Below are positions 46,362 to 55,873 of a stretch of DNA of 64,000 bases, in pieces. The stretch is taken from contig CAMJOZ010000001.1 in assembly GCA_946407635.1 (NCBI GenBank), forward strand, positions 2,763 through 66,762, in the 5' to 3' direction. The notes under the pieces were generated by a model that saw nothing but the letters and a program-made list of their open reading frames with translations, made no database searches and was not told where the DNA came from. This DNA comes from an uncultured Bacillales bacterium (GTDB lineage: Bacteria; Bacillota_I; Bacilli_A; Acholeplasmatales; Anaeroplasmataceae). Position 1 is the stretch's first letter. Every line of letters starts with the position of its first letter. A program made the position numbers and the translations under genes.

Positions 46362-47240
46362 TTAAATTTCCTCTTTTGAAGTTAAATCTTTAGTTATATA
46401 TAAAATACCAATAGTACCTGGACCACAGTGTGATGCGATAACACAACCAGCAGTTGTATGTATAATATCAACACCTTCAAATTCTTCTTTTAATTTTTTA
46501 TCTAAATATTCATATGACTCAGGAGCAATTGAATCAGTAATGAAAATATGATCTAAATCAATATTATTCTTTTCTTTATCTTCCCTAATCATATCAAGCA
46601 TTGCATCTAATGCAATTTTCATTTTACCTATAGGCTTTTTACCAACGCACATCTTACCATTTCTAACAAAAATCACGGGTTTAATTTTTAATAATGTTCC
46701 AAAGAATTTAGCCATTCCAGAACATCTTCCACCCTTATATAAATATTCCATTGTTTCGATGGCAAATTGACTTTTCACTCTCTTATTTAAATCATTTAAA
46801 AGTTCTGAAATTTCTTTAGCACTTTTTCCTTCATCTCTAAATTTACAAGCTTTTAAAACTAGTAAACCTATACCAGTAGATAAATTCATAGAATCAACAA
46901 CGAATACTCTTGAATCATCTAATTCTCTTGCTGCTAATACGGCAGACTCATAAGTTCTACTCATTTGTTTTGAAATACCTGTAAAAACAATGTCATATCC
47001 TAGATCGAGATATTCCTTAAATACACTATAAAATGTCTCTTGAGTAACCGCAGCTGTCTTAGGTAAATATCCTTTTTCAGCTACTTTTTCATAAACATCT
47101 TGAGTCTTAATTGTCTCTCCATCTAAATAGGACTCTTCATTAAATGTAACATAAAGTGGAACTATTCTAACATCTAACTCTTTAGCTAAATCTAAATCTA
47201 AGTCACATGTTGAATCAGAAATAATTTTAACTTTATTCAC
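46362..47240 (-). CDS. DegV family fatty-acid-binding protein (FakB-like)
   Basis: Contains KIISDSTCDL...VPL and a C-terminal AGCVIASHCGPGT. Start placed at the GTG at 47240, 8 nt after GAGG. The track start overlaps the SD. Confidence 0.88.
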   Translation of the reverse strand: MNKVKIISDSTCDLDLDLAKELDVRIVPLYVTFNEESYLDGETIKTQDVYEKVAEKGYLPKTAAVTQETFYSVFKEYLDLGYDIVFTGISKQMSRTYESAVLAARELDDSRVFVVDSMNLSTGIGLLVLKACKFRDEGKSAKEISELLNDLNKRVKSQFAIETMEYLYKGGRCSGMAKFFGTLLKIKPVIFVRNGKMCVGKKPIGKMKIALDAMLDMIREDKEKNNIDLDHIFITDSIAPESYEYLDKKLKEEFEGVDIIHTTAGCVIASHCGPGTIGILYITKDLTSKEEI

Positions 47241-47312
47241 AATAAACACCTCACAATTAATATAATTATACTATAAATTTCACAATTATGCTATAATTTT
47301 TACGGTGGTAAA

Positions 47313-48575
47313 ATGAAGGTATTATTAGTTGGAATACAAACTAAATATGATAGATATGATATAGATTATTCTTTAAATGAATTAAAGAATCTAGCTGAAG
47401 TTTTAGATTATGAAGTAGTAGATAAATTTACTCAAACTTTAGAAAAACCAAATGCCAAAACTTATATAGGATCTGGTAAGCTTGCTGAAGTAAAAATAGC
47501 AGTTTATGCAAATGATATAGATATAGTTATTTTTAATGATGAATTAACACCATCTCAGTTAAGAAATACTGAACTTGAGCTTAGCTGTGAGGTTATTGAT
47601 AGAAGCTATTTAATATTAAAGATATTTGAATTAAGAGCTTCTGATAAGGATGCTAAATTAGAAATAAAATTAGCTAAGGATTTATATTTATTACCTAGAA
47701 TTCAATTTTTCCACGAGGGTCAATCTAGAATTGGTGGTGGTTCTTCTACTAAAACTCGTGGTAGTGGTGAAACTCAAAGGGAATTAGATAGACGCCACAT
47801 TGAAGCTGAAATTAATCATTTAAAATCAGAAATAATTAAATCAAGAAAAATGAAGGAAGCTCAAATCGTAAGAAGACAAAAAAATGAAGTGCCTATTGTT
47901 GCGTTAGTTGGATATACAAATAGTGGCAAATCATCCACTATGAATAAATTAATAAATTATTTGAATTTAGATGATGATAAGATGGTACTTGCAAAAGATC
48001 AATTATTCGCTACACTTTCAACATATAATAGATTATTAGAATATAAAAAAAATAAGTTTATGCTTGTTGATACAATTGGTTTTGTATCAAAATTACCACA
48101 TAACCTTATTAATAGCTTTTATCAAACATTAAAAGAAGTTCAAAACGCAGATTTAATTATTCATGTTCTTGATTCATCTAATGAATATATTAATGAACAA
48201 TTAAAGGTTGTAAATGAAGTATTATTTGGATTAAATGCAAATGATATCCCAACGATTTATTTATTAAACAAATGGGATAAAACAATAAATACAAATATGG
48301 ATATAATGGGTGTTAAAACAATTAGATATTCTAATTATAATGAAACTGGAATAGATGAATTATTAGAAGAAATCTATATAAATACAGCTAAATCAAAAAT
48401 ACACGCAAGAGTATTAATACCTTATAACAAAGGTGAATTACAAAAAATCATAGAAAATGAAGCCGAAATCTTAAAAAGAAAATATGAAGAAAACGGTGTT
48501 TACTATGAAATAGAAATACCATCAACCAAATATCATTTATTTAGAGATTATGATATTGATATGATGGTATCTTAG
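47313..48575 (+). CDS. hflX: GTPase HflX
   Basis: 420 aa. G1 GYTNSGKSS, G3 DTIGF, G4 NKWD, plus an HflX N-domain and GGGSSTKTRGSGETQ. Confidence 0.93.
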   Translation: MKVLLVGIQTKYDRYDIDYSLNELKNLAEVLDYEVVDKFTQTLEKPNAKTYIGSGKLAEVKIAVYANDIDIVIFNDELTPSQLRNTELELSCEVIDRSYLILKIFELRASDKDAKLEIKLAKDLYLLPRIQFFHEGQSRIGGGSSTKTRGSGETQRELDRRHIEAEINHLKSEIIKSRKMKEAQIVRRQKNEVPIVALVGYTNSGKSSTMNKLINYLNLDDDKMVLAKDQLFATLSTYNRLLEYKKNKFMLVDTIGFVSKLPHNLINSFYQTLKEVQNADLIIHVLDSSNEYINEQLKVVNEVLFGLNANDIPTIYLLNKWDKTINTNMDIMGVKTIRYSNYNETGIDELLEEIYINTAKSKIHARVLIPYNKGELQKIIENEAEILKRKYEENGVYYEIEIPSTKYHLFRDYDIDMMVS

Positions 48576-48602
48576 AGTTCTTTAATTAGAACTCTTTTTT
48601 TC
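48574..48602 (+). terminator. Rho-independent terminator of hflX, embedded in the 3' end of the convergent nnr gene
   Basis: Stem agagttc/gaactct (48574-48580 / 48589-48595) followed by a T run. Confidence 0.65.
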
Positions 48603-50078
48603 TAAATATTTAACTGTACTTCTAATCTTAAAAATAGTATCTTGAGCAACCATTGAGATTGTTCCATTTTCTTCTTCTGCCTTTTCACCTGAAAAGCCAT
48701 TAATATAAACACCTACTATGGCAACATCTAAAGGTTCAGAAACAAATCCAGAAACACCTGCCAAAACACCACATAAAACATCTCCACTACCAGCAGTTGC
48801 CATACCACTTGAGCCTTTATCAACAAAATAGATTTCTTCGTTTTTAGAAATGATAGTTGTAGGTCCTTTTAAAATTAAAATTGATTTATATTTTTTAGTA
48901 AAGTTTTTTGCAAATTCAACAGGATTATTTAATATATCATCAACCTCTATCTTAGATAATCTAGAAGCTTCTTTAACATGAGGTGTTAATATAACATCTG
49001 CCTTTGTTTTATTTAAAATATCTAAATTCATTTTCGATAATGCATTTAAGCCATCAGCATCAATGATTAATGTCTTATCATAATTATTCAATAAATATTC
49101 TATTATTTTAGATATAGAACTATTTTGACCTAATCCCATACCAATAGTAATAGATTTATATCTATTCATTATTTTATCTAATTCTTCTTTATTAAATTCT
49201 AATCCATCTTGATTAGAAGATAAATTTAAAATAGTAGCCTCTAATATATTCTGAGATACAATCTCACTAATATTTTTTGGAACACATATTGTCGCAACAC
49301 CCGCTCCACTTCTTAAAGCAATATTAGCTAGTCCTGCAAGTCTAATCGCTCCACTATAATTTTTAGATCCACCAATTAAGGCAACATATCCATAATCACC
49401 TTTATTAGAAAAATTCTTTCTTTTTTGCATAAAAGGAATAATATCCTTTTCTTCAACTAGGTGATAAACCTTATCAATTGCTTTTATACCACATTTAACT
49501 AGCTTTAGCTTACCAATATAATCCTTTGCCATATTTAATAAATGACCAGGCTTAATATAATCAATTGCGAAGGTTACAGTTGATTTTATTGCCAAATTAG
49601 TTAATCCATTATCAGAATCTAATCCTGAATTAATATCAATTGAAATAACTTCTTTATTTAAGCTATTTAATGATTTGGCAATCATAGCCTCCTCATCCTT
49701 TAAATCGCCTTTAAATCCAATTCCAAATAAACCATCAACGAATATATCATAATTATTAAAATCAATTTTATTATAATCATTAATTATTTTGATTTTTTTA
49801 TCTAATTTATCAAAATAATATTTTGAATCTTCAGTAAATTTATCATTTTTCTTATATAAACTAACATCATAATTATTATCAAATAATAGTTTTGTTATAA
49901 CAAACGCATCTCCACCGTTATTACCAGAGCCTGCCAACACTAAAATTCTTCCATAAAAATCATATGATTTAAAAATATTATATCCAGCATCATACATTAA
50001 TTCTCTACTGCTTTTAATATTTATAGATGTAAATTCATCTGATTTTTTCATATTATCTTTACTAATAACATCTAGCAT
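48582..50078 (-). CDS. nnr: Bifunctional NAD(P)H-hydrate repair enzyme Nnr (epimerase + ADP-dependent dehydratase)
   Basis: Contains AGSGNNGGDAFV (YjeF_N) and ATAGSGDVLCGVLAG (dehydratase). Start placed at the ATG at 50078 (MLDVISKDNM) after AGGTGA. The track start at 50099 has no SD. Confidence 0.88.
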   Translation of the reverse strand: MLDVISKDNMKKSDEFTSINIKSSRELMYDAGYNIFKSYDFYGRILVLAGSGNNGGDAFVITKLLFDNNYDVSLYKKNDKFTEDSKYYFDKLDKKIKIINDYNKIDFNNYDIFVDGLFGIGFKGDLKDEEAMIAKSLNSLNKEVISIDINSGLDSDNGLTNLAIKSTVTFAIDYIKPGHLLNMAKDYIGKLKLVKCGIKAIDKVYHLVEEKDIIPFMQKRKNFSNKGDYGYVALIGGSKNYSGAIRLAGLANIALRSGAGVATICVPKNISEIVSQNILEATILNLSSNQDGLEFNKEELDKIMNRYKSITIGMGLGQNSSISKIIEYLLNNYDKTLIIDADGLNALSKMNLDILNKTKADVILTPHVKEASRLSKIEVDDILNNPVEFAKNFTKKYKSILILKGPTTIISKNEEIYFVDKGSSGMATAGSGDVLCGVLAGVSGFVSEPLDVAIVGVYINGFSGEKAEEENGTISMVAQDTIFKIRSTVKYLEKKSSN

Positions 50079-50113
50079 AATATCACCTAAAATTATCATA
50101 TCATTTTTTAACT

Positions 50114-50137
50114 AAAAAAGCACTACATATGTAGTGC
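50114..50137 (-). terminator. Rho-independent terminator after the lipoprotein gene
   Basis: The perfect 18-bp palindrome gcactacatatgtagtgc (50120-50137) is followed by a 6-T run on the minus strand. Confidence 0.8.
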
Positions 50138-50143
50138 AATCTA

Positions 50144-51412
50144 TTAAAACCAAAACCTAGGTCTAATAATTCCAGGTCTTGATGGAATTATTGGTTCTTC
50201 TTTATCTAAAGATGAATCAATGCTCGAAGTTGATAATGTAGGAAGCTCAACCTGATAATCAATTCCATATGATGAATTATTTGATGGAGTATGAGCCTTA
50301 TTCATTACTTTACTTGAAACTAAGAAATAATCATAACTAATTTTATCTCCATCATCCCATGTTAAATCAACTCCATACCAAACACCATCTATTTCAGTAT
50401 AATTCCAAGCATGTCCGGATGATTGAGTACCAGAATAACCTACTACAGTTAAAGTATTTAAATCCATTAAATATGATAAATAATCATAACATTCTGCGTA
50501 TGATTCACAAACAGAACCTTTATTTAAAGCAACACCTAAAATATTATGTGCCCAATATTCTTCCGATGCATTACCTTGGCTATCATATGCATAATCAACC
50601 TTATTTAAAATATAATCATGAGCAAGTTTAGCTTTATTATAATCAGTCTTTTCTTCTAAATCATTATATTTATTTAAAAAATCATTAGTCATATCTAAAA
50701 TAGCTTCATTATATAAATATCTATCTTCACTATCCTTATAATCAGTTCCAGCAAGTAAACAGAATGTATAATATTTATTATTTCCAGATCCATATTGTCT
50801 TAATGTATATCCAGTATATGAAAAATATAACATAGGGTTTTCTTCAATCATTGTAATCCAGGCAGACGCGATAATACTTGCATAATTATAATTTTCAAAT
50901 TTATATTCATAAATGATTAAATATTCTTCATTATTTAATTTAGTTAATTCATAATCCTTATCAGAAACTAAGAAATTGTAAGATGCATTGTATAATGTTT
51001 CATAAATATTTTTGAAATCATCACCATAATATTCATCTTCTAATAATTTTTGATAACCATATAATGTTTTATAATCAACAATATATAAATCTAATTCTTC
51101 CTTTTGAGCTAAGAATAATTCATTAGTTGTATCAAAAACTATTTCATCTTGAATAATATTACCATTTTCATCTTTAAGAAGTGTAGTATCTTCAGTTGTT
51201 GTAGTTGTAGAACTTGATGATTTAGATGGATTATAAGGATAATATGAGGTATTATCACTACTTGATGATTCTGGAATTTCAACAGTATCATCAGTTGTTG
51301 TACTAGTATTATTTTTTATAATATTAACTACATTTTCAAAACATGATGTCATAAAAAATAACATTAATCCTAGTAATGACAATATTGATAATAATTTAAC
51401 AAATCTTTTCAT
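50144..51412 (-). CDS. Lipoprotein with a transglutaminase-like cysteine protease domain
   Basis: Start moved to the ATG at 51412. Signal peptide plus lipobox MKRFVKLLSILSLLGLMLFFMTSC, then a Ser/Thr-rich linker. Cys-His-Asp candidates are GSVCESYA, SGHAWNY and GVDLTWDD. Confidence 0.7.
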   Translation of the reverse strand: MKRFVKLLSILSLLGLMLFFMTSCFENVVNIIKNNTSTTTDDTVEIPESSSSDNTSYYPYNPSKSSSSTTTTTEDTTLLKDENGNIIQDEIVFDTTNELFLAQKEELDLYIVDYKTLYGYQKLLEDEYYGDDFKNIYETLYNASYNFLVSDKDYELTKLNNEEYLIIYEYKFENYNYASIIASAWITMIEENPMLYFSYTGYTLRQYGSGNNKYYTFCLLAGTDYKDSEDRYLYNEAILDMTNDFLNKYNDLEEKTDYNKAKLAHDYILNKVDYAYDSQGNASEEYWAHNILGVALNKGSVCESYAECYDYLSYLMDLNTLTVVGYSGTQSSGHAWNYTEIDGVWYGVDLTWDDGDKISYDYFLVSSKVMNKAHTPSNNSSYGIDYQVELPTLSTSSIDSSLDKEEPIIPSRPGIIRPRFWF

Positions 51413-51491
51413 ATCAATCACATCCTTTTGTAATTTAATTTTAGTAAAAATAAATGTCATTAATATGTTTGAATTATGTTAAATTATGGTA

Positions 51492-51917
51492 TTAATCGAA
51501 TAAATAATTATCAAAAATTTCACTTTCTATATCTATGATATTTTTAATATTTATTTTTGTATTATCATCTAATATTATTAATTTTTCTACATAATCAAAT
51601 TTTTTAATATATCCTTCTTTATTGATATATTTACCACCTTGTTTTTTCAAATCATCTATGAAATAGATAATATTAACTAAAGGTTTTTCACTTAAATTAT
51701 CATTTAAAATATTAAATTTAATATCCAAGATTTTTTTATCATCTTGAGATATGGTTAATTTACTTAATGTAATTCTAGAAGCCTCATCAATAGATTCTTC
51801 ATATCCAGTTAAAGCAGCGAATGGAGAAAACTGGGCACTACGATTATAAATAGACATTTGAGGCCTTTTTCTAGATTTATAATTTTTGATATTTATAATA
51901 TCATCATAATTACTCAT
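51492..51917 (-). CDS. YolD-like protein (accessory factor of Y-family polymerases)
   Basis: 141 aa. RPQMSIYNRSAQFSPFAALTGYEE resembles the YolD family signature. It overlaps the polymerase gene by 4 nt. Confidence 0.7.
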   Translation of the reverse strand: MSNYDDIINIKNYKSRKRPQMSIYNRSAQFSPFAALTGYEESIDEASRITLSKLTISQDDKKILDIKFNILNDNLSEKPLVNIIYFIDDLKKQGGKYINKEGYIKKFDYVEKLIILDDNTKINIKNIIDIESEIFDNYLFD

Positions 51918-53395
51918 TTCCTATGACCTCCTATTTGATTATTTCTTTCTATTGTAGTCGCTCCTTCTTCTAGATTCATTCCTTTTATTACAGAATTCTT
52001 ACCAAATTTATTATGCAAATCTACTATTGTTTTTTGTAATTTATTTTCTGTTTCTAATCTTTTTTCTTCTACAACTGTCTTTTCTTTTAAATTATCAAAA
52101 TCAGTAAATATGTCTAATTGTTCTATATTATTAATTTTTACATCGTTACTAATTAAATTATTAAAGCATACATTTACTCTTCTTATTTGTAAATTAGGAT
52201 TACAAATCTTTTTATATAGCTTTTTTACAGAATCTAAAATTATTTTAGTAGATGATGTAAAAGAACCTAAATTAATTGAACCATGTCCACTCTTAGGTAT
52301 TAATCTACCAATATAATCAAAAGATGTTTCACCTTCATAATTTGGTGTATTTGCAATTGTTTCATAACCGATATTTAATACAACCTGATCACATAATAAA
52401 TTTTTAGAAACTAAATCTAATACTAATAAATCAGTCATTTCAAGAATTATTAATAATCCTTTTTTATAATCATATGGACATGATAATACCTGTCCAGATG
52501 ATAATGATGATGCCTTAGGCTTATAATTTTTAATATCTTCTATAGTAACAGGCTCATAGCCCCAGGCATGATCTATTAATAATTCAGCATTTACACCAAA
52601 TAAATTATATAATAAATCCTCATCCTCAATTGATTTTCTAGCAATATCACCCATAGTATAGATTCCATATTTTTCTAATTTATTGGCAATACCATGGCCT
52701 ACTCTCCAGAAATCCTTTAAAGGCTTATGATCCCATAATAATTCTCGATATTTTAATACATCAAGCTCGGCAATTCTAACACCATCAGAATCTGCCTCTA
52801 TATGCTTAGCAACAATATCCATAGCAACCTTAGCTAAATAAAGATTAGAACCTATTCCAGCTGTCGCAGTAATGCCTGTTTTTTTCAAAACATCTTTAAC
52901 CATTTTCATTGCTAATTCATGAGGTGTTATATTATATAATTTTAAATAATTAGTTACATCCATGAATACTTCATCTATTGAATATACATGAATATCATTT
53001 TTAGAAATGTATTTTAAATATGTTTCATATACATTTGTACTTACATTTATGTAATGACTCATTTGAGGTGTAGCAATAACAAAATCTAATTCCAAATTAG
53101 GATTTTCTTTCAATTCAATATCATTGAATGATTTACCAATAAATTTATGATTTTTAGCGTACTTTAATCTTTCTTTATTAATTTCTTTAACCTTTTCTAA
53201 AACCTCAAATAATCTAGCTCTACCAGGTATACCATAAGCTTTAAGTGATGGTGATACAGCCAAGCATATTGTTTTTTCAGTACGGGATTTATCCGCAACA
53301 ACTAAATTAGTTGTCAGTGGATTTAAACCTCTTTCTTGGCATTCGCAAGATGCATAAAATGATTTTAAATCAATCGCAATATAAACTTTTTCCAT
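51914..53395 (-). CDS. Y-family (translesion) DNA polymerase, UvrX/DinB-like
   Basis: Contains IAIDLKSFYASCECQERGL and YSIDEVFMDVT, the catalytic Asp/Glu motifs. Start placed at the second ATG (53395), 9 nt after AGGAGG. Confidence 0.88.
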   Translation of the reverse strand: MEKVYIAIDLKSFYASCECQERGLNPLTTNLVVADKSRTEKTICLAVSPSLKAYGIPGRARLFEVLEKVKEINKERLKYAKNHKFIGKSFNDIELKENPNLELDFVIATPQMSHYINVSTNVYETYLKYISKNDIHVYSIDEVFMDVTNYLKLYNITPHELAMKMVKDVLKKTGITATAGIGSNLYLAKVAMDIVAKHIEADSDGVRIAELDVLKYRELLWDHKPLKDFWRVGHGIANKLEKYGIYTMGDIARKSIEDEDLLYNLFGVNAELLIDHAWGYEPVTIEDIKNYKPKASSLSSGQVLSCPYDYKKGLLIILEMTDLLVLDLVSKNLLCDQVVLNIGYETIANTPNYEGETSFDYIGRLIPKSGHGSINLGSFTSSTKIILDSVKKLYKKICNPNLQIRRVNVCFNNLISNDVKINNIEQLDIFTDFDNLKEKTVVEEKRLETENKLQKTIVDLHNKFGKNSVIKGMNLEEGATTIERNNQIGGHRK

Positions 53396-53419
53396 TTTAT
53401 ACATCCTCCTTTTGAGATT

Positions 53420-53446
53420 AAAAAATATATGAGAAAACTCATATAT
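53420..53446 (-). terminator. Rho-independent terminator after the thioesterase gene
   Basis: Stem atatatgag/ctcatatat (53425-53433 / 53438-53446) followed by a T run on the minus strand. Confidence 0.7.
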
Positions 53447-53463
53447 TATTTTAATTTATATAA

Positions 53464-53850
53464 CTAAATTGTCTTTTTAGAATTAGCTTTATCTAAAAAT
53501 TTATCATAATTAACAATAACTCTAGAATGCTCTCCTGTCGCAACTAATGATACCTCATCATATGCTTCTACCTTGAATTTTAGGTTTCTCTTATCCTGAC
53601 TAATTAATGTTGCGATACATCTAACCTTCATACCAATTGGTGTTGGAGAAATATGATTAACATTTATGTTTGTTCCAACAGTTGTCTCTCCATCCTCAAG
53701 CCATCCTCTAACACATTCCTTGGCTGCCTTTTCAAAGAATACTGCAATTATAGGTGTTGCTAAAACATCTACATCACCGGAACCAAGTGTTTTGGCAGAT
53801 ATCCTTTCAGTAACTAAAAATTCAATTTCACTCTTAATACCCAATTCCAT
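53464..53850 (-). CDS. Hotdog-fold thioesterase-like protein (FlK-like family)
   Basis: 128 aa. The length and pattern LGSGDVDVLATPIIAVFFEKAA...GTNINVNHISPTPIGMKV fit small hotdog thioesterases. Confidence 0.55.
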   Translation of the reverse strand: MELGIKSEIEFLVTERISAKTLGSGDVDVLATPIIAVFFEKAAKECVRGWLEDGETTVGTNINVNHISPTPIGMKVRCIATLISQDKRNLKFKVEAYDEVSLVATGEHSRVIVNYDKFLDKANSKKTI

Positions 53851-53852
53851 AA

Positions 53853-55010
53853 TTAAGCCTCCTCTTTAAATAGCTCTATTCCATTTTTAAATCTATTTAA
53901 TCCATCTTTAACATTATTAAATGAAGTTGCTAAATTAATTCTAACAAAACCAACTCCTGTTTTACCATATTGATCTCCATCAGAAATCCATAAGCCAGTT
54001 TTATTCTTAATAAAATTAACAAACTTTACTGTATCTTTTGTTATTTTAGATACATCTAGCCAAGCTAAATATAAAGCTTCTCTTTTTATACAAACAATAT
54101 CTTTAAAATTCTCATTTAAAAATTTATATAAATAATCAAAATTATTATTTACATACTGATTCATTTCCTTAAGCCATAAGTCTCCCTTATTTAAGGCTTC
54201 TATTGTCATTTCATAACCAAAGAAATTACCTTCAGCTACTTCATCAGTATTTAATCCTCTATTTACTTTTCTATATAACTCTCTATTCTTACAAATAACA
54301 ATAGATGATTGCGCACCAGCCATGTTGAAGCACTTAGTCGCAGATAAACATACTACAGTATTTTTTTCTGAACCTTCAACCTTATAAATTGGTGTGTATT
54401 TTCTTTTTGCAATATCACAATGTATCTCATCTGATATAATTGTAACATTATATTTATTACATAAATCTACTACTTTTTTTAAATCATCATATTCCCATAT
54501 TTTACCAATTGGGTTATGAGGATTACAAAATATTAACAAAGTTGTGTTATCATCCTTTAATTTATCTTCTAAATCGAGAAAATTAATACTATATTCATAA
54601 TTATTATAATCTAAAGGACATTCTAATATCACTCTATGATTATTTCTAATTGAATTAAAAAATATATTATATACAGGTGTTAATATTACTACATTATCAC
54701 CTATATTTGTTAAGCTTCTAACCATTGATGATATTGATGGAACAACACCAAGTGAAAATATCATATCCTTTTTATCATATGAAATATCATGATTTCTTAA
54801 AAAGAAATTCTTATATGCATCAAAATATTCATCTGGTGTTATAGAATATCCATAAGATTCTATATTACTTCTTCTAATTATAGCTTCTTTTATTTCAGGT
54901 AAAACCTTAAAATCCATATCAGCTACCCACATAGGTAATATATTCTTATCACAATCCCATTTTAGTGAATAGGTATTATATCTATCACTAATATCATCAA
55001 AATTATACAT
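53853..55010 (-). CDS. PLP-dependent C-S lyase / aminotransferase, MalY/PatB type
   Basis: 385 aa. Contains RYNTYSLKWD, NPHNP and the PLP lysine in SATKCFNMAG. Confidence 0.85.
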   Translation of the reverse strand: MYNFDDISDRYNTYSLKWDCDKNILPMWVADMDFKVLPEIKEAIIRRSNIESYGYSITPDEYFDAYKNFFLRNHDISYDKKDMIFSLGVVPSISSMVRSLTNIGDNVVILTPVYNIFFNSIRNNHRVILECPLDYNNYEYSINFLDLEDKLKDDNTTLLIFCNPHNPIGKIWEYDDLKKVVDLCNKYNVTIISDEIHCDIAKRKYTPIYKVEGSEKNTVVCLSATKCFNMAGAQSSIVICKNRELYRKVNRGLNTDEVAEGNFFGYEMTIEALNKGDLWLKEMNQYVNNNFDYLYKFLNENFKDIVCIKREALYLAWLDVSKITKDTVKFVNFIKNKTGLWISDGDQYGKTGVGFVRINLATSFNNVKDGLNRFKNGIELFKEEA

Positions 55011-55012
55011 AA

Positions 55013-55855
55013 TTATTCTTCCTCAATAATTTTAGTTTTTGAAGGATCAACAATATCCTTATCTAAAATAATTTCTCCAATTTTTTTAGCTTTAATAACT
55101 CCAGAATATGGATTTTTAACACTATCAATTTTAGATTTAATATCCGCATCGATATTAGATACTCTTTCAAATGATAAATTTGTATTAACTAATTTACAAT
55201 TAACCATTTTTATATTATCGATATAGCACATACCTTGCTCTGAATCAATTGAACAATTAATAAATGTCAAATTCTTACTATTCCATCCTAAATATTCACC
55301 AACAATTACAGAATCATAAACAGTTACATTTTCACAATTCCAAAAAGAATCTTTAGAATCTAATCTAGCATTATGAATTTCTATATTTTTACAACCATCA
55401 AAAATATAATTACCACTATGGTTCATACCATTAATATAAATGTCCTCTGAATTCATTAAAAAATAATCACCACATGTTTGACAATTAACCATTTTTATTT
55501 TTTTACAATTCCATAATGTTTCATCAGCGTGAGGTATAGAAACATTTTCTAATGTAATATTAGAGCTTCTTCTAAATTGTTTAGGTGTATCAATTGAAGA
55601 ATTTTTGATAGTGATATTATTTGTATACCAAATACCACTTCTAGCTAATTCTAAAAATGTTACACCATTACATTCAATATTATTACAATACCAAAGTGGA
55701 TACTTCCATTTAAATACTGTATCTTTAATAACTAAATTCTTACATTCCTTTAATGGTGATTCACCATTATCAAATGTACAATCTATTATTTCAGAATCAC
55801 TAATATTATATAAAGCTCTTTCTCCTTCATAATATCCTTGTACATACTTTTTCAT
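55013..55855 (-). CDS. DUF3737 family beta-helix protein
   Basis: 280 aa. Contains GERALYNISDSEIIDCTFDNGESPLKE, KDSFWNCENVTVYDS and GEYLGWNSKNLTFINC, which match my recollection of DUF3737. Confidence 0.7.
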   Translation of the reverse strand: MKKYVQGYYEGERALYNISDSEIIDCTFDNGESPLKECKNLVIKDTVFKWKYPLWYCNNIECNGVTFLELARSGIWYTNNITIKNSSIDTPKQFRRSSNITLENVSIPHADETLWNCKKIKMVNCQTCGDYFLMNSEDIYINGMNHSGNYIFDGCKNIEIHNARLDSKDSFWNCENVTVYDSVIVGEYLGWNSKNLTFINCSIDSEQGMCYIDNIKMVNCKLVNTNLSFERVSNIDADIKSKIDSVKNPYSGVIKAKKIGEIILDKDIVDPSKTKIIEEE

Positions 55856-55873
55856 AATATAATCTCCCTTTTT

